A DNA stretch of 64,000 bases from Nitrospirales bacterium (GTDB lineage Bacteria; Nitrospirota; Nitrospiria; Nitrospirales; UBA8639), in contig CBDBCZ010000018.1 in NCBI GenBank assembly GCA_965203295.1, positions 1,792,001 to 1,856,000 of the forward strand, given 5' to 3'. Each line of letters begins with the position of its first letter. Position 1 is the stretch's first letter. The position numbers were made by a program, and so were the translations under genes. Below the pieces are notes generated by a model that worked only from the letters and a program-made list of their open reading frames with translations, made no database searches and had not been told where the DNA came from. Of the stretch, positions 13,402 through 26,750 are shown in pieces.

Positions 13402-14306
13402 TCGAAATTGTGTGGTAGTGCTAGCAGTTCCCCAGATGCAAAGGCAGGTAAACCACGAGGGGTCCTTATGTCCGCTTCCATTTCATCTTGCACTGCTGTA
13501 CCTACATGTAAGTGCATGCACATGCACAGCAATGTTAAAAACAAAGGTAAAATTTTATTCATGCATTGTAATATGGTATAATGAGCCTCAAATGTATGCA
13601 CATGTGGAAAATAAGTTAGAAACTTATCTTCAGAACTACACGACTGGCCGAGTAAGAGAGGTTAGTACTGAAAATGTCACAGTTTGTAATTAGGGTGGAT
13701 TTATCAAGCTCCTTCTTGAGCTTACATGTACATGTACTACAGTGTGTATTGCTGATCAACGTGCGATGAACGTTGTTAGATTAATTGCTAAGAAAATGAA
13801 TTATGTATAAAAATGTTATCGGGCAGTTATCTATGGTAGAACAGCAAAATGTTCACATGCACTACAAGAAGCACACTGAGACTATGCAGAAACAGGAGGA
13901 ACTGAGTTTAGTCAGAAGCTGTAGTAATACGTAATCAAACTAGCAGTAGACTTTCAGTATAACCACATACAATAAGTAATCATAAATGGCTGCATATCAC
14001 AATTGTACTTTACCATACAGATAGTGTCAGTCATAGTAGAAATTACTAGAGCAGTTAACTATCAACTACCACAGCCTTTTTACTTTGTCAGCAATTAAGT
14101 CACTTAGCCTGCTAAAATTTAATGGATTGAATTTAATTGGCCTGTTTTTAGCCCCTGACATCTCAAAATTCATTGCGTCAGAAATACTGGAATGGGTTCA
14201 CTATACAATGAGTATCAAATATACTGACTGTACTCACCCAGTATGCTCCATGGCTCTCCCAGCACTGGAACCGACGCCATTAGAGACGGCTTTGTCAGCC
14301 GCATAA
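13402..14306 (-). pseudogene. OAS-like exon cluster, copy 3
   Basis: Near-identical to 3796-4656 with the same splice sites. Confidence 0.45.
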
Positions 14307-14317
14307 CTGTATGCAGT

Positions 14318-14655
<338 letters not shown>

Positions 14656-15729
14656 GGTGGCAGTATAGGTGGCAGTACAGATGAGGCTGTAGTAGTATAT
14701 AAAGTTGAGGAAATCAAGAGATTGGTACTTTAAAAACCGCTATGAGGGTTTTGGAAGGCGTGCATGCGGCTTCAAAAACAAAAAGCATTTGAGGCCGTAC
14801 CTAGCACTGGAAAGACAGTGGAGATATCCTTTACAGGTGAATGTGACATAGATCCACGTCCAGATAATGTAAGTCACATATGAAGCTACATAACATACTT
14901 CTATGTTGATGTTCTCACCCACCCATTCCCTTCAATGCATATACACTCTCTCATTACCTACATAGACAGTTATGTGTATCTCTTATAGCTTCGAATCAAG
15001 GCTACGTATATCTCTTACCTGTGCTCTCCCAGTTCCTTTACTTCATGCGCTATGATTCGCTCTTCCCAGCTCCCTGGGTCCAGCTGGAAGGAGTCAATAG
15101 TTCCACCTGTACAATGTGAAGACGCAACTACTATACACACTGCCAAGTTCAAGATAAGTGCTGCAGTGAGCAGTAACTATAGCAGCAATTAGCGATAGAC
15201 ATTTGTGACTTGTCCTGATAAGGAATATAAACGGAGCAGATCTGTATGGCCTTCAGACACAAAACTTCAATACAGACTGAGTCAGCCATCTCCTATACCT
15301 ATGCATTACATGCATAATTTGTCCTAATATTGCTAGGGTCGCAACTAAGCCTTCCCACACCGATATTTTATGGTCATGAAAAAAAAACTGGCAATACGAC
15401 ACGACACTATGTAGCTTTAATTACTTGGTGACTGCAAGACCAGACAGAGATCATATACGTACATAGTTCTGTTTGTTACATGACATTTTGTACAGATGCT
15501 CACTCCTTGGCTCTGCTGCAACCTGCCTTAAAGATGGTTTCCTTCACCGGCTGTCGTTGTGCACGGTAACAAAGCCACTGAAATTTTCTCCCAGGTAGAT
15601 CATCCTTGAACGGGGAGAGGGTAAGAAGGGTCAGCTTTCACAATCAGCAGCCAAAGGCAACTACATATACGTATATGTATATGCATGCACATGCTCCTGC
15701 AACTCACAGGCCGTAATCTCACAGCAATA

Positions 15730-16455
15730 CTGCAGTTTCTTGGCTGGACCTTCGCCATTCAAACATGGTGTTCTGGTGCTGTGCCGTATCATGTAGATGG
15801 CGGAGCTCCCTTCCAGAGCCATCCCTCAGGGGGGGCAATTTCAACAATCTTCTTGACATGAGGTTGGTGGATGAGTATGGGACGATTGTAGCGGGACCTC
15901 AAACATGTGACTGCTTCAGTGTATTGGTCTCCAGATCGGGACAGGCTCTCAATAACCCTTTTTGCTGTACCATCCTTGAGTGCGTGGCGGAGATACACCA
16001 GCTTCCCTGTGTCTGAAAGGCTCGTACGTTCATGAACGGCAATGCTAAATTGTTCCCAGAATGTCTGCCAGCTGAGGATGTTACCGTCAAAGGTGGGAAC
16101 GTCAATCTTGGGCAATCTGACTCCACTCGTTATTGTAGCAGGAGATTCTGTTGACGGATTAGGGATGACACCAGGTGTGAGAGTGAACAGTAACTTCTTG
16201 AGTTGCAGGCTGCAGTCGAAGACATCCTTGTCCATGGCGTTCACGGAGGTTTCAACTTCTTCTGCTCGAAGGGAGAATGCAGTTTGACGAATTTCTCCAA
16301 GCTCCTGTTTGAAGTCGGATAACTGCTCTTGATATTGGTGAAGCAGGTGGAGCTCTGCTGATTCTGGCGTCAACGCAAAGGACCGCAGTTTCAATCGCCG
16401 AGAGGTTGCTCTTCAGATAAGACAATCTGCGTGATGCAGTTGAACAGGGACGCAT
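15730..16455 (-). mobile_element. BEL/Pao LTR-retrotransposon gag fragment (DUF1759-type)
   Basis: ORF 15789-16394 contains VRLPKIDVPTFDGNILSWQTFWEQFSIAVHERTSLSDTGKLVYLRHALKDG...AVTCLRSRY, then a frameshifted TMFEWRRSSQ. No LTRs or pol seen. Confidence 0.85.
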
Positions 16456-17224
16456 GCTCTAAGTGGATTAACAATGCACAGAGTAGATAGGTGAACCAAC
16501 TTCTCGTATCATTCCAATAGTAATCATGAAGACTGAATAACTGAACAACTACTACACAGTGGCAAAAAGAGATTTATATAGAAAAAAGGAGAGTTCTAGA
16601 ATGTTCCATAGACAGGTGGCACAAGAACAGGTGGCACAAGAACAGGTGGCAAGGACAAGGGAAAATCAGGAGTCAGAAGTCTAAGTACAAGAGAAACAGG
16701 AAAGGGCCTAAAGCATCTTTGAGCATGGTTACAACTACAACATGAACAATGGCTAATCTTTGACATATCTCTAACAGACGTACATGTATGTACATGTGGA
16801 TCGACAAATGTGACCTGCTGTGTAACAACCAGTACTTTCGAATAAGTCAATTCTATGTAACTATGCACAAACTAACTGAAATGTGAGTAGTTTTATAGGT
16901 GGCATTGCTGCCATGACAATACATACCAATTTTAGTACGTAGGTATTGCCACACTATTGACCCAGACATGAATTTCCATGCCATAGAGTTTGAAGTATTC
17001 TCAATCGCGGCAATGCTATGAAAATGGCAGTGCTACATGTACGAAAAGCAACTTGTACTGTACCAATCCATTCTCACTACTGTTGATGACAATTGTCCAA
17101 GTGCTGGATTTTCACACAGCAGGTCACATAGAACTTCTCCACAGTAATAAGTGTACGTTACACAGGAGGAAAAGAAAATTATATATCCTTACATATCTCT
17201 CTTCAGAGTGTAGTTTAATCTTAC

Positions 17225-18132
17225 TCGAAATTGTGTGGTAGTGCTAGCAGTTCCCCAGATGCAAAGGCTGGTAAACCACGAGGGGTCCTTATGTCCGCTT
17301 CCATTTCATCTTGCACTGCTGTACTTACATGTAAGTAAATGCACATGCACAGCAATGTAAAAAAACAAAGGTAAAATTTTATTCATGCGTTGTAATATGG
17401 TATAATGAGCCTCAGATGTATGCACATGTGGAAAACAAGCTAGAAACCTATCTTCAGAACTACATGACTGGCCGAGTAAGAGAGGCTAGTAACGAAAATG
17501 TCACAGTTTGTAATTAGGGTGGATTTATCAAGCTCCTTCTTGAGCTTACATGTACATGTACTACAGTGTGTATTGCTGATCAACGTGCGATGAACGCTGT
17601 TAGATTAATTGCTAAGTAAATGAATTATGTATAAAAATGTCATCAGGCAGTTATCTATGGTAGAACAGCAAAATGTTTACATGCACTACAAGAAGCACAC
17701 TGAGACTATGCAGAAACAGGAGGAACTGAGTTTAGTCAGAAGCTGTAGTAATACGTAATCAAACTAGCTGTAGACTTTCAGTATAACCACATACAATAAG
17801 TAATCATAAGTGGCTGCATATCACAATTGTACTTTACCATACAGTTAGTGTCAGTCATAGTAGAAATTACTAGAGCAGTTAACTACGTATCAAAACCACA
17901 GCCTCTTTACTTTGTCAGCAATTAAGTCACTTAGCCTGCTAAAATTTAATGGATTGAATTTAATTGGCCTGTTTTCAGCCCCTGACATCTCAAAATTCAT
18001 TGCGTCAGAAATACTGGAATGGGTTCAATATACAATGAGTATCAAATATACGACTGTACTCACCCAGCATGCTCCATGGCTCTCCCAGCACTGGAACCGA
18101 CGTCATTAGAGACGGCTTTGTCAGCCGCATAA
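17225..18132 (-). pseudogene. OAS-like exon cluster, copy 4 (original acceptor AG of the last exon mutated)
   Basis: Near-identical to 3796-4656; the plus strand reads gtactta at 17321-17327 instead of gtaccta. Confidence 0.45.
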
Positions 18133-18143
18133 CTGTATGCAGT

Positions 18144-18598
<455 letters not shown>

Positions 18599-19068
18599 TG
18601 TGTGTGTGTGTGTGTGTGTGTGTTTGTGTGTGTGTGCGTGTGTGTTGTGTGTGTGTCACATGTGTATGTGTGTATGCGGTGTTCTAGTTTCACCGAACAG
18701 TGAGGACAAAGCTGATATGAGGTTTTGGGGGCCCAAGGCAAGCCTAATGATTTTGCTATGCCCACGTGTGTGCATGTATGTTATGATAGATAAAGACAGT
18801 CACATGTGTTTGCAGGGGGTGTTTTGGAGTGCACCATGTGTGTGTAGTAGATGCAGTTTAATGCTTCTTTGTGCACACAGGTCTTTGTCTATACATATAT
18901 GTACTGTCTTTATCAGATTTGAGTGATATAATCAGTAAGCTAAAGCTGATTTTAGCAGCTGAGATAGTATAGCTGTAGTCAGACCTATCATCAGATATAT
19001 AATTTTAAAGCAGATTGAATTGGCCAATAAAACAAATGTCAGAAGTAATTCATGGTGTAAACACTCAC

Positions 19069-19138
19069 AGCCAGCAGCTCATTAGGATCAAACATTGACT
19101 CTTTCTTGTCTTCAGCTGCTTTCTTTTCTTCTTTCGCT
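19069..19138 (-). pseudogene. Orphan exon AKEEKKAAEDKKESMFDPNELLA
   Basis: ttacag acceptor, gtgagt donor, 70 nt, open frame with protein-like composition. Confidence 0.5.
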
Positions 19139-19479
19139 CTGTAATGAGTCTGTAGGACAACAGGCAGACAGGCACACACGTTATCTAATAGGTAACTATT
19201 CTGTAGGTCCACACAAGTGGCCCACTACCACATAAAAACATCACTGTGGTCATGTACTTTGATTCTGCAAGAAACAATGCGAATGTAGCTAGGTCTACAT
19301 GATATGTGAACTTAGTTACAAAAGTGATCGAGTGTCAGTGTAATAAATTGCCCTACTTGGTACCGTTTGATAAATATCTGTGTGATTTCTGTTGGTTGAT
19401 CGACATGAAGACAGCACGTACATACCAAAACCTTCTCACAACACTGTGTAAGTGATTAAGTTTTTTTCCTTTCACGATC

Positions 19480-21070
19480 ACAATCTGTACATGTCTATCC
19501 AATGAACCATTATTAACAAATTCAATCCACAAAAACTGTAACTTGCAACCCTTGGAATGTCTTTATCTCCCCACTTCCGTGTGAATGTACCTGTATCAAC
19601 CTCTATGGAAAACACCATAACAGCACTCTCCTTTACAAAATTCCTGTACTACATTAATCAATGTTTGTAAGTCTTCAGTATTAGTAATTAAACCTACAAA
19701 ATTATCAGCAAACACTAGACCCCCAACATATAACATCAGTCTTAATAGTTGTGCCAATCCCAGCCTTTGTGATCTCATCTAACAACTGATTGGAAAATAC
19801 ATGCAGGATAGGAGACATATTACAACCCGTACCACCCGACCTATATTGAATGATTTGGATTTTAATCCCTCCAGTAAAACAGCACTCTGTGCTATGTCAT
19901 ACATAGTCTTAATAATTATCTCTCCACATCCTACCTCTATCACCAAGTTCCCGTAAGCCATTATGCCAAACTGTGACAAATGCTTTCTGAACATCTAACA
20001 CGAAAGTGTAAGTGTGTTTTCCTTCCCTAATTGTGCGTTGTATGATTTCATTTCGAGATAAAATGATATCAAACCAACTCCTTTTGAAACTCTCTAAATC
20101 CTGCCTGACCCTCATGAAGAGCCCTTTCTGATTCTAATCTGATTACTAAGCGGTTATTTAGAATCTTGCAAAACCTACCACATTTAATAGTGCAATGCCT
20201 CTGTAATTACCCGGGTCCTCAGCATCACCTTTTTTATACACGTTAACAATTGACCCTTGTCTGCGGAATAGTCTCCTCTGTCCAAACTACTTCATATAAA
20301 CTTTCAACAGATTAGCCATTCCTTCGCCACCGTACTTAAAAAGCTCCCCAACTAGCCCATCATTACCTTCTGCTTTTTATTCTTTAGGCTTTTAGAACAT
20401 CTTTTAATTTCTGCTTAGCTACCAACCTTGACTATTCCAGCTTATAGTATTCTCTATACCTCAAAGCCTCATCTACTATCTCAGTAATCTTCAGTACCTC
20501 TACACAGTTTCATTTCCCACTCTTGACTCTATATACGTAACCACCACTTAAGTTTGCACTTATTCCTCCTGCCTTTCAAAGATTCTACCCCTATATCTTC
20601 CTTTATTGTTTCATTGCATATTTATTTGAATTTTTAGAAGAGCAGCCAAGTATCTTTTAGCTGCTCCTACGTAGCTGAATAGATTCTAAAGAAGCTGTCT
20701 CCATATTAAGCCAACACTTCACTACCATACTCTATAAAGTGGGGCAAAGTAACAAAATTAACACTCCAACTGTATTGATATTTCTAAGTTTTTGCTTTCC
20801 ACTTTAATTACCCTCTGTACATTATTGTATCATGACCATTATTGACAATTCAATGCCCAAATAACAGTAACTTGCAACCCTTTTATCTCCCCACTTCCAT
20901 GTACATGTACCTGAACAATTAACTTCTCTAGAAAAAATAATAAAGGCACTCATTTTTAATGTTAGACTTTAACCTTATCTCAGAAGTAGTAATTACATTA
21001 GACCCCCACTCTTATTAACATCATACTTAATAGTTATTCCAATCCCAGCTTTATCTAATTGATAGATAAA
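19480..21070 (-). mobile_element. Antisense LINE RT fragments (two rearranged pieces)
   Basis: ORFs 19596-20115 give LVFADNFVG and FVLDVQKAFVTVWHNGL; homologous to 700-1950. Confidence 0.88.
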
Positions 21071-23809
21071 TACAAGTCTATCCATACAGTTCTATATAAA
21101 CACGTGTTTAGAACCCACATACATGCAAGCCCTCGGTGGCAATGGAGTGTTTGACTCTATTAAAAATGGTGGGCCTTACCCTGTTAAATAAGAAAGAGAG
21201 GAGAGTAGAAACCGCTTTTGGTATAACTATCAGGTATTCAAATATAAAGGGCGGATTTAGCGATTGTTAAACCCTGTAAATCGCTAGATTGCAATTTATT
21301 TCATTGTACAGACGACAGACAGACAGACAGACAGACAGACAGAGCCAATTGCTTAACCTTGCCGCATATGCATGGGGTAAAAATGGAAAATAGAATAGGT
21401 GACATACTACGTACAACCCTGTTCCACCCCTGGCCTATATCTGATTTTTCTCCATCCAAGGCCAGAAATGTGGCTTATGGTTTATGTTATGGTTAGGAGT
21501 AGGTGGGCCTTACCCTGAGCATGCAAACTTAAGGTTCTGTGATGTGCCAGTGAATATGTATTGTCACAGGAGGGCATCTACATAATTACAAAGAGAAACT
21601 GAGCTAAAAAAGTCAGCTGCCACATGAATACAGCTATATGCTAAGAGCAAAACAAACAAGAGCATATACGTACAAGGGTATAATAGTGAAATGTCTAGTT
21701 CGCAGCTTTTGAATCAAACAGACGACTGGTCAAACGTACACTTTAATAACTTCCACACTATAGATCTATGTGTGCATTTTAATAGATCAATAATTATAAC
21801 ATGCCAAGTTCATGGAAACAGGAGGGGCACCTTAACCCTAGAACAGTAGCTACACAATCATGCCACTCACATGCAAGTTTGATGTAGCTTCTTGACTGCA
21901 ACAGATTGCATTTATGTCAGTACAGAAATTTGAAATAGCACTGACCTGTGTGGTAGAGGTTTGCAAAGCTCAAGTGTAACAGATTGTAATGGGCAAAGGA
22001 GTGTTTCTTATATGAAAGGCCTTGCAATTGAAAACATACAACTGTAGAATATTCATAGCGTCTGGTTCACTAAAGTAGTTTCACAAGCCAGCCCACTTAC
22101 ATTCTACAGCATCCATCACTTACAGTATTGGCATGTGGAAGACATGTGCTGATAGCCTGATGCTGACACTCTTCCACATGCCATGCTGATACTGAAAGTA
22201 ATGGTTTGATTCTGTGGCTACTACTGAAGTTACCAAGTGCCCTTAACAGAGACAAGAAAAGTACAAGTGTAGGCCAGTGCAAGTTGTCACCCCACCCAAC
22301 CCATGCACAGGTGACACTCAATCTACTTCCATGACAAATGTACACTTGTTTACACAACTGTGTGAACAAACAAATATAACTAGGAGTTAAGATGCAAGAA
22401 GCCTTGTGTCAAAGTACCATTTGGTAAGTGTTCTACAAATACCTGTCCAATCCTACTAATGCATTTCTTCTGATTTGAAAGCATGTCCACTTATGTAAGA
22501 GAGTCAATGCTCTGTAAGTATACAAACATACTATCATAAGTAAAGTACAAAGAACTGAAACACTGACAGCTATTTGGGCTTTGTCAGTGCAGTGATGGTG
22601 TGTGTAGCACCTAGAGCTGACCAGCAGCTACATACAGCTCTTAATTTGACTCACACCAGGAAAGCCTCTATGAATTAAAAGTGAACTAAGGCTCTACTGT
22701 AGTTTAGCTTTTCTCTGGTCTCCTAATCCTTCAATTACAATAGAAAACTACTGATAAACATAATTTGCTAAATCAACCCAAAAAGTTAGCAACACCCAAC
22801 AGCCAGACACTGAAGCCAGACACACTAATTTTCTCCAGCCCAGTTGCCAGGGTAGGCTAAGGTTCCCCAGTGGTTATTGATAATGACAAGATCATCATTG
22901 CAGGACATGTCCAACTACCTCTGTGATTGCACATCAACATGACTGTTTTCCAAAAGTGCATTTATATATAATATATAAACTATTATATGCACTCATGCTG
23001 TTGACAGATATTGGTAATGTCATTACCACGGATCAGCAGCTGTTTGATAGAGATTCCTTCAGACCCAGTTACTCACTTATCGGTTCAATAAAGTGACACC
23101 TGTTAATTCCAAGTTTCAGCTAACTGTGAGACATGATCCAGCATTGTTCTCAGCTGCTGGTCGACACTAGCTACCAGGAATCCAATACCTGATTCTGTGA
23201 AAGTGTTTAGCCAACTACGTACATTGTATACTATTGCACCTACGAACAAACTGGTGTGCTTTATTTTTACATTTCAAAAGGACTTACTCTTCCTCTTTAT
23301 TTTCAAGCTTGTTGAGATTAAAAGCTTCAAAGCCCGCAGCAGGGTCAAACTTTACAACTTCTGAGTACATTTGACATGTAGTGGTGTTCTGGATCTGAAC
23401 TTTAAGAAGAATATCATCCTGCGTGGTTTATAATGCAGTTCATTATTCACAAGCCATCAACTACGTACTATTACGTTGATGTTCTCACCCACCCATTCCC
23501 ATCAATGCACAACTCCCTTGGTCCAGCTCCCTGGATATTGGGGGTATCGTCAAATATACTGGGAAGGAGTCAATAGTTCCACCTGTACAATGTGAAGACA
23601 CAGCTACTGTACACACTGCCAAGTTTAAGATAAGTGCTGCAGTTAGCAGTAACAATAGCAGCAATTAGCGATAGACATTTGTGACTTTCCTGATAAGGAA
23701 TATAAACAGAGCTGATCTGCTTGGCTGAGTCAGCCATCTCCTATGCTTATGCATTACATGCATAACTTGTCCTAATATCGCTAGGGTCAAAATAGCTTTC
23801 CGACCACAT

Positions 23810-24060
23810 TCAATAGTGTAATGCCTCTGTAATTACCTGGGTCCTCCCATCACCTTTCTATAAAAGCTAATAATCAACCCTTGTCTCTGATGTTTGGAAA
23901 TACTCTCCCTTATCCAAACTACCTCATACAAGACTATCAACAGATTAGCCATTCTTTTCTCCCCATACTTAAAAAACTCCCCTCATTACCTCCCGTTTTA
24001 TTACTTTTAAGAACACCTTTTGAGCATTCAAACTTAAGGTTCTGTGATGTGCTAGTGAAT
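23810..24060 (-). mobile_element. Antisense LINE fragment (paralog ~35610-35870)
   Basis: ORF 35644-35934 reads KSNKTGGNDGLVGEFFKYG...QGLIISFYRK. Confidence 0.8.
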
Positions 24061-25428
24061 ATGTATGGTCATAAGAGGGTATGTACATACATTTACAAAG
24101 AGAAACTGAGCTAAACAAGTCAGTTGCCACATGATTACAGGTACGTACATGCTGAGAGCTGGACAAACAAGAGCATATACGTACGAAGAAAGTGACAAGG
24201 GTATAGTGAAATGTCAAGTTCGCAGTTTTTGAATCAAACAGACGACTGGTCAAACGTACAATTTAATAACTTCCACACGATGTATGTGTGCATTTTAATA
24301 CATGAGTATGTTGTTTAGTAATTATAAACCAACAAGTCACCCATAGAGGTGGTCTTTCAAGAGTTCCAGTGTTACTCTAAGCTTTTGTTGGGCTACATTG
24401 GGATACACACAAGCTGCAAAGCAACAGACCTACATTTGCATAGTTCTAATCACTTGGAAGGCACCACCACAGTGTACAAACTCCATCTACTTTGGCAGTG
24501 CCTTTCAAGCCAGGGTATACACATCCATATACCCTAGGGTACATGAGGGTTGCTGGGCAACTGTGATAGACTGTTCTACAAACTGTGAAACAATTAGCTG
24601 GCAAACCAGTTCATATGGAAAAATTAAGCTGTAGACTACTTCTTATTACATTCAGTAGAGTTATTCTAAGGTAGCTGCATGTTCAAAATGTAATAAATTG
24701 TTCCCCTTTTTTGCAAAAACTACAAAAGTGACCCATAGCACTACACAAGTCCACATACAAAGCACCAAGCCAGAGCAACTATATAATGCAGAAATCACCC
24801 AAACACCAGCTCATGTGGGAAATACAAACTGTAGAATGCTTCCTATTACATAGAGTAGAGTCAATCCAAGGTAATTGCACGTTAGTAATTAAACAAAGTG
24901 TTTCCTTTTCCGCAAAAGCTACAAAAGTGACTCATAGTACTACACGTTTCCATAGTAGGCACCAAACTAGAGCAAGCATATAATGCAATCTCTGGTTTTG
25001 GGAGTTACATGCACTTGCTAGTTAATAGAAATATTATATATTATATCTATTGTTATTCGGAGCAACTGGAATCAAGATAGCCAGGATCATAAGGCAACGT
25101 TACATGTATTTTATTACGATGTATATTCTGACTTGTATTACTATAATTACACGTCTTTCCTGCAATTTTTCTTTACGATTAATTACTAAACTTATGTAAG
25201 ACAATTGTGAGGAATCTGACAAACGTTTTACAAGGTTCTTACACCAGATCTTGTAGTAGTCTCGATACGCGAGGCTAATCTTGCAGGACTTCCCTATGAG
25301 CCTTGCAAGAATTCACACAAGATTTTAATGCCTACCATCTTGCAAGATTTTTGTTGCAAGATGAGAAATCTTGCTAGGGTAGAATGCCTACTGTCATAGT
25401 TCTCATGCAGCTACAACATATAGCTCAC

Positions 25429-25574
25429 CAGGCCTGGCAGAATTTTTCCAGCACTGTCTCTGGCATTCGACATAGGCAAAGTATGGGCGCACTCCCACTT
25501 TTCAGACATCGCAACTGTGGTTGAAAGGTAGATATAAGCGCAGTCTGGTATAGCTAGCTCTTCGCGAGCTCCAT
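25429..25574 (-). pseudogene. Candidate first coding exon in a CpG-rich patch (paralog ~36985-37130)
   Basis: ATG at 25574 gives MELAKS*LYQTALISTFQPQLRCLKSGSAPILCLCRMPETVLEKFCQA, ending at a gtgagc donor; one in-frame stop; locally CpG-rich. Confidence 0.3.
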
Positions 25575-26534
25575 GTAGTTCCGAGTTCTCGCAGCAGCGC
25601 TCAGCGTTACGCGCCGCGCACGAAGTCACATGTGGCTAATCCCAGCTTGTAGTTAATCCCAGCACAGCTACAATAACCAATGGTTATGCATGGTTATTGC
25701 ATTTATGATCTCAGCCCCGCCCACTAAGCGCATATAGAATCTGGCGCCGGTGTAAGGGCGATTTGGGGACCCCCGTCCCAAAAACGCTAGCGATGTGAGG
25801 ACCCCCACGGGCCCTATTTCGCTAGCGGTACGGGGATCCCGTACCGCTATGTATGTACAATTCTCATTCTGTTATCAGCATCTCAGCTAGAGTTGCCAAA
25901 CTACAGATCACCTGCTTAAAGGTTAGTAAAGTAATTGCTCAGGTTCTCTTTTTGGCACTCGGTTGTGAAGTTGGATTAGCAAAGGCATGTCACTGATACC
26001 TGTCTTCCTCATAGTCTCGCGAGCCAGCGAGGGGCTGGCTCACGAGACTATCTTCCTATACTTGTACTAATACTATGAACCAGATTCCTTAACCAGCATT
26101 AGATAGCAGTTATTGCTATGTTGATAGAAGGGCTTCCAAAGATCTAGGTTCCATGCTCTAAGGGAAAATTATTTACAAGCATAGACAGTAGAGTACTATA
26201 ACCCATCATCAAGCAGTCTAAACGATAAGCCAGGTAGCATTTATATATTGATCGGAGTTCTCTTTCCACCAACCATGAATTTGGCGTCTCAAAACTTTCA
26301 TTGTCAAAGGAATGCTGACTTTTTAACTGCTGTGCTGCTGTCTTCATCAGGGCAGACATCAATACAGTAGCTACAGGCCAAACCAAAAGCAAAGAATTCA
26401 ATGTCTTCGGGATTAGTCTAGCCTACTCAGCTCCTAGAAGGGAAGCCCTAGCCTCATACCTAGGCCTTCCCTGCACTCGCAAAAGTGCGGGGAAGGCCTG
26501 GGTACAAGGCTAGTTATGCCCAGTATTCTTATTT

Positions 26535-26750
26535 ATTCTCAAATAGATTTGGTATTCAGAAACAGGAGTACCTTTTCCTTCTCTTCAACTGTGAACTGGA
26601 TGGTGGGATGTATACCATTGAGTAGTCTCGGTACCAGCCCACCTATCAAGTCGGAGATCGCTTACAGTATCCCGCCACTAAGCGATCTCCGACTTGATAG
26701 GTGGGCTGGTACCGAGACTAACCATTGAGATGGTAGTAAATGTTTTGTAG
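26535..26750 (-). mobile_element. Penelope-like RT fragment split by a 98-bp palindromic insertion (paralog ~38100-38320)
   Basis: Removing 26623-26720 and one TSD copy restores YHLNGIHPTIQFTVEEKEKVLLFLN, matching the PLE pattern HLNSIHPxIQFTxExE...LPFLD. Confidence 0.7.
26623..26720. mobile_element. 98-bp palindromic miniature element with 9-bp TSD (identical paralog 38191-38288)
   Basis: Perfect 42-bp inverted arms tagtctcggtacc...cgctta / taagcg...ggtaccgagacta around a 14-nt spacer; direct repeat accattgag on both flanks. Confidence 0.9.

Noticed and set aside
16611..16660. Short tandem repeats (15-bp unit here; 37-bp pair at ~40530-40603; ~27-bp pair at ~11545-11630)
   Set aside because: Only two or three copies each, with no associated structure; ordinary slippage products.
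22866..22926. PVVIDNDKIIIAGH, resembling a ParB-like motif
   Set aside because: About 20 codons bounded by stops, with no supporting context; likely chance.
26060..26401. 85-aa minus-strand ORF and neighbouring protein-like frames
   Set aside because: Several frames look partly plausible, but no consistent exon structure or recognisable family could be established.
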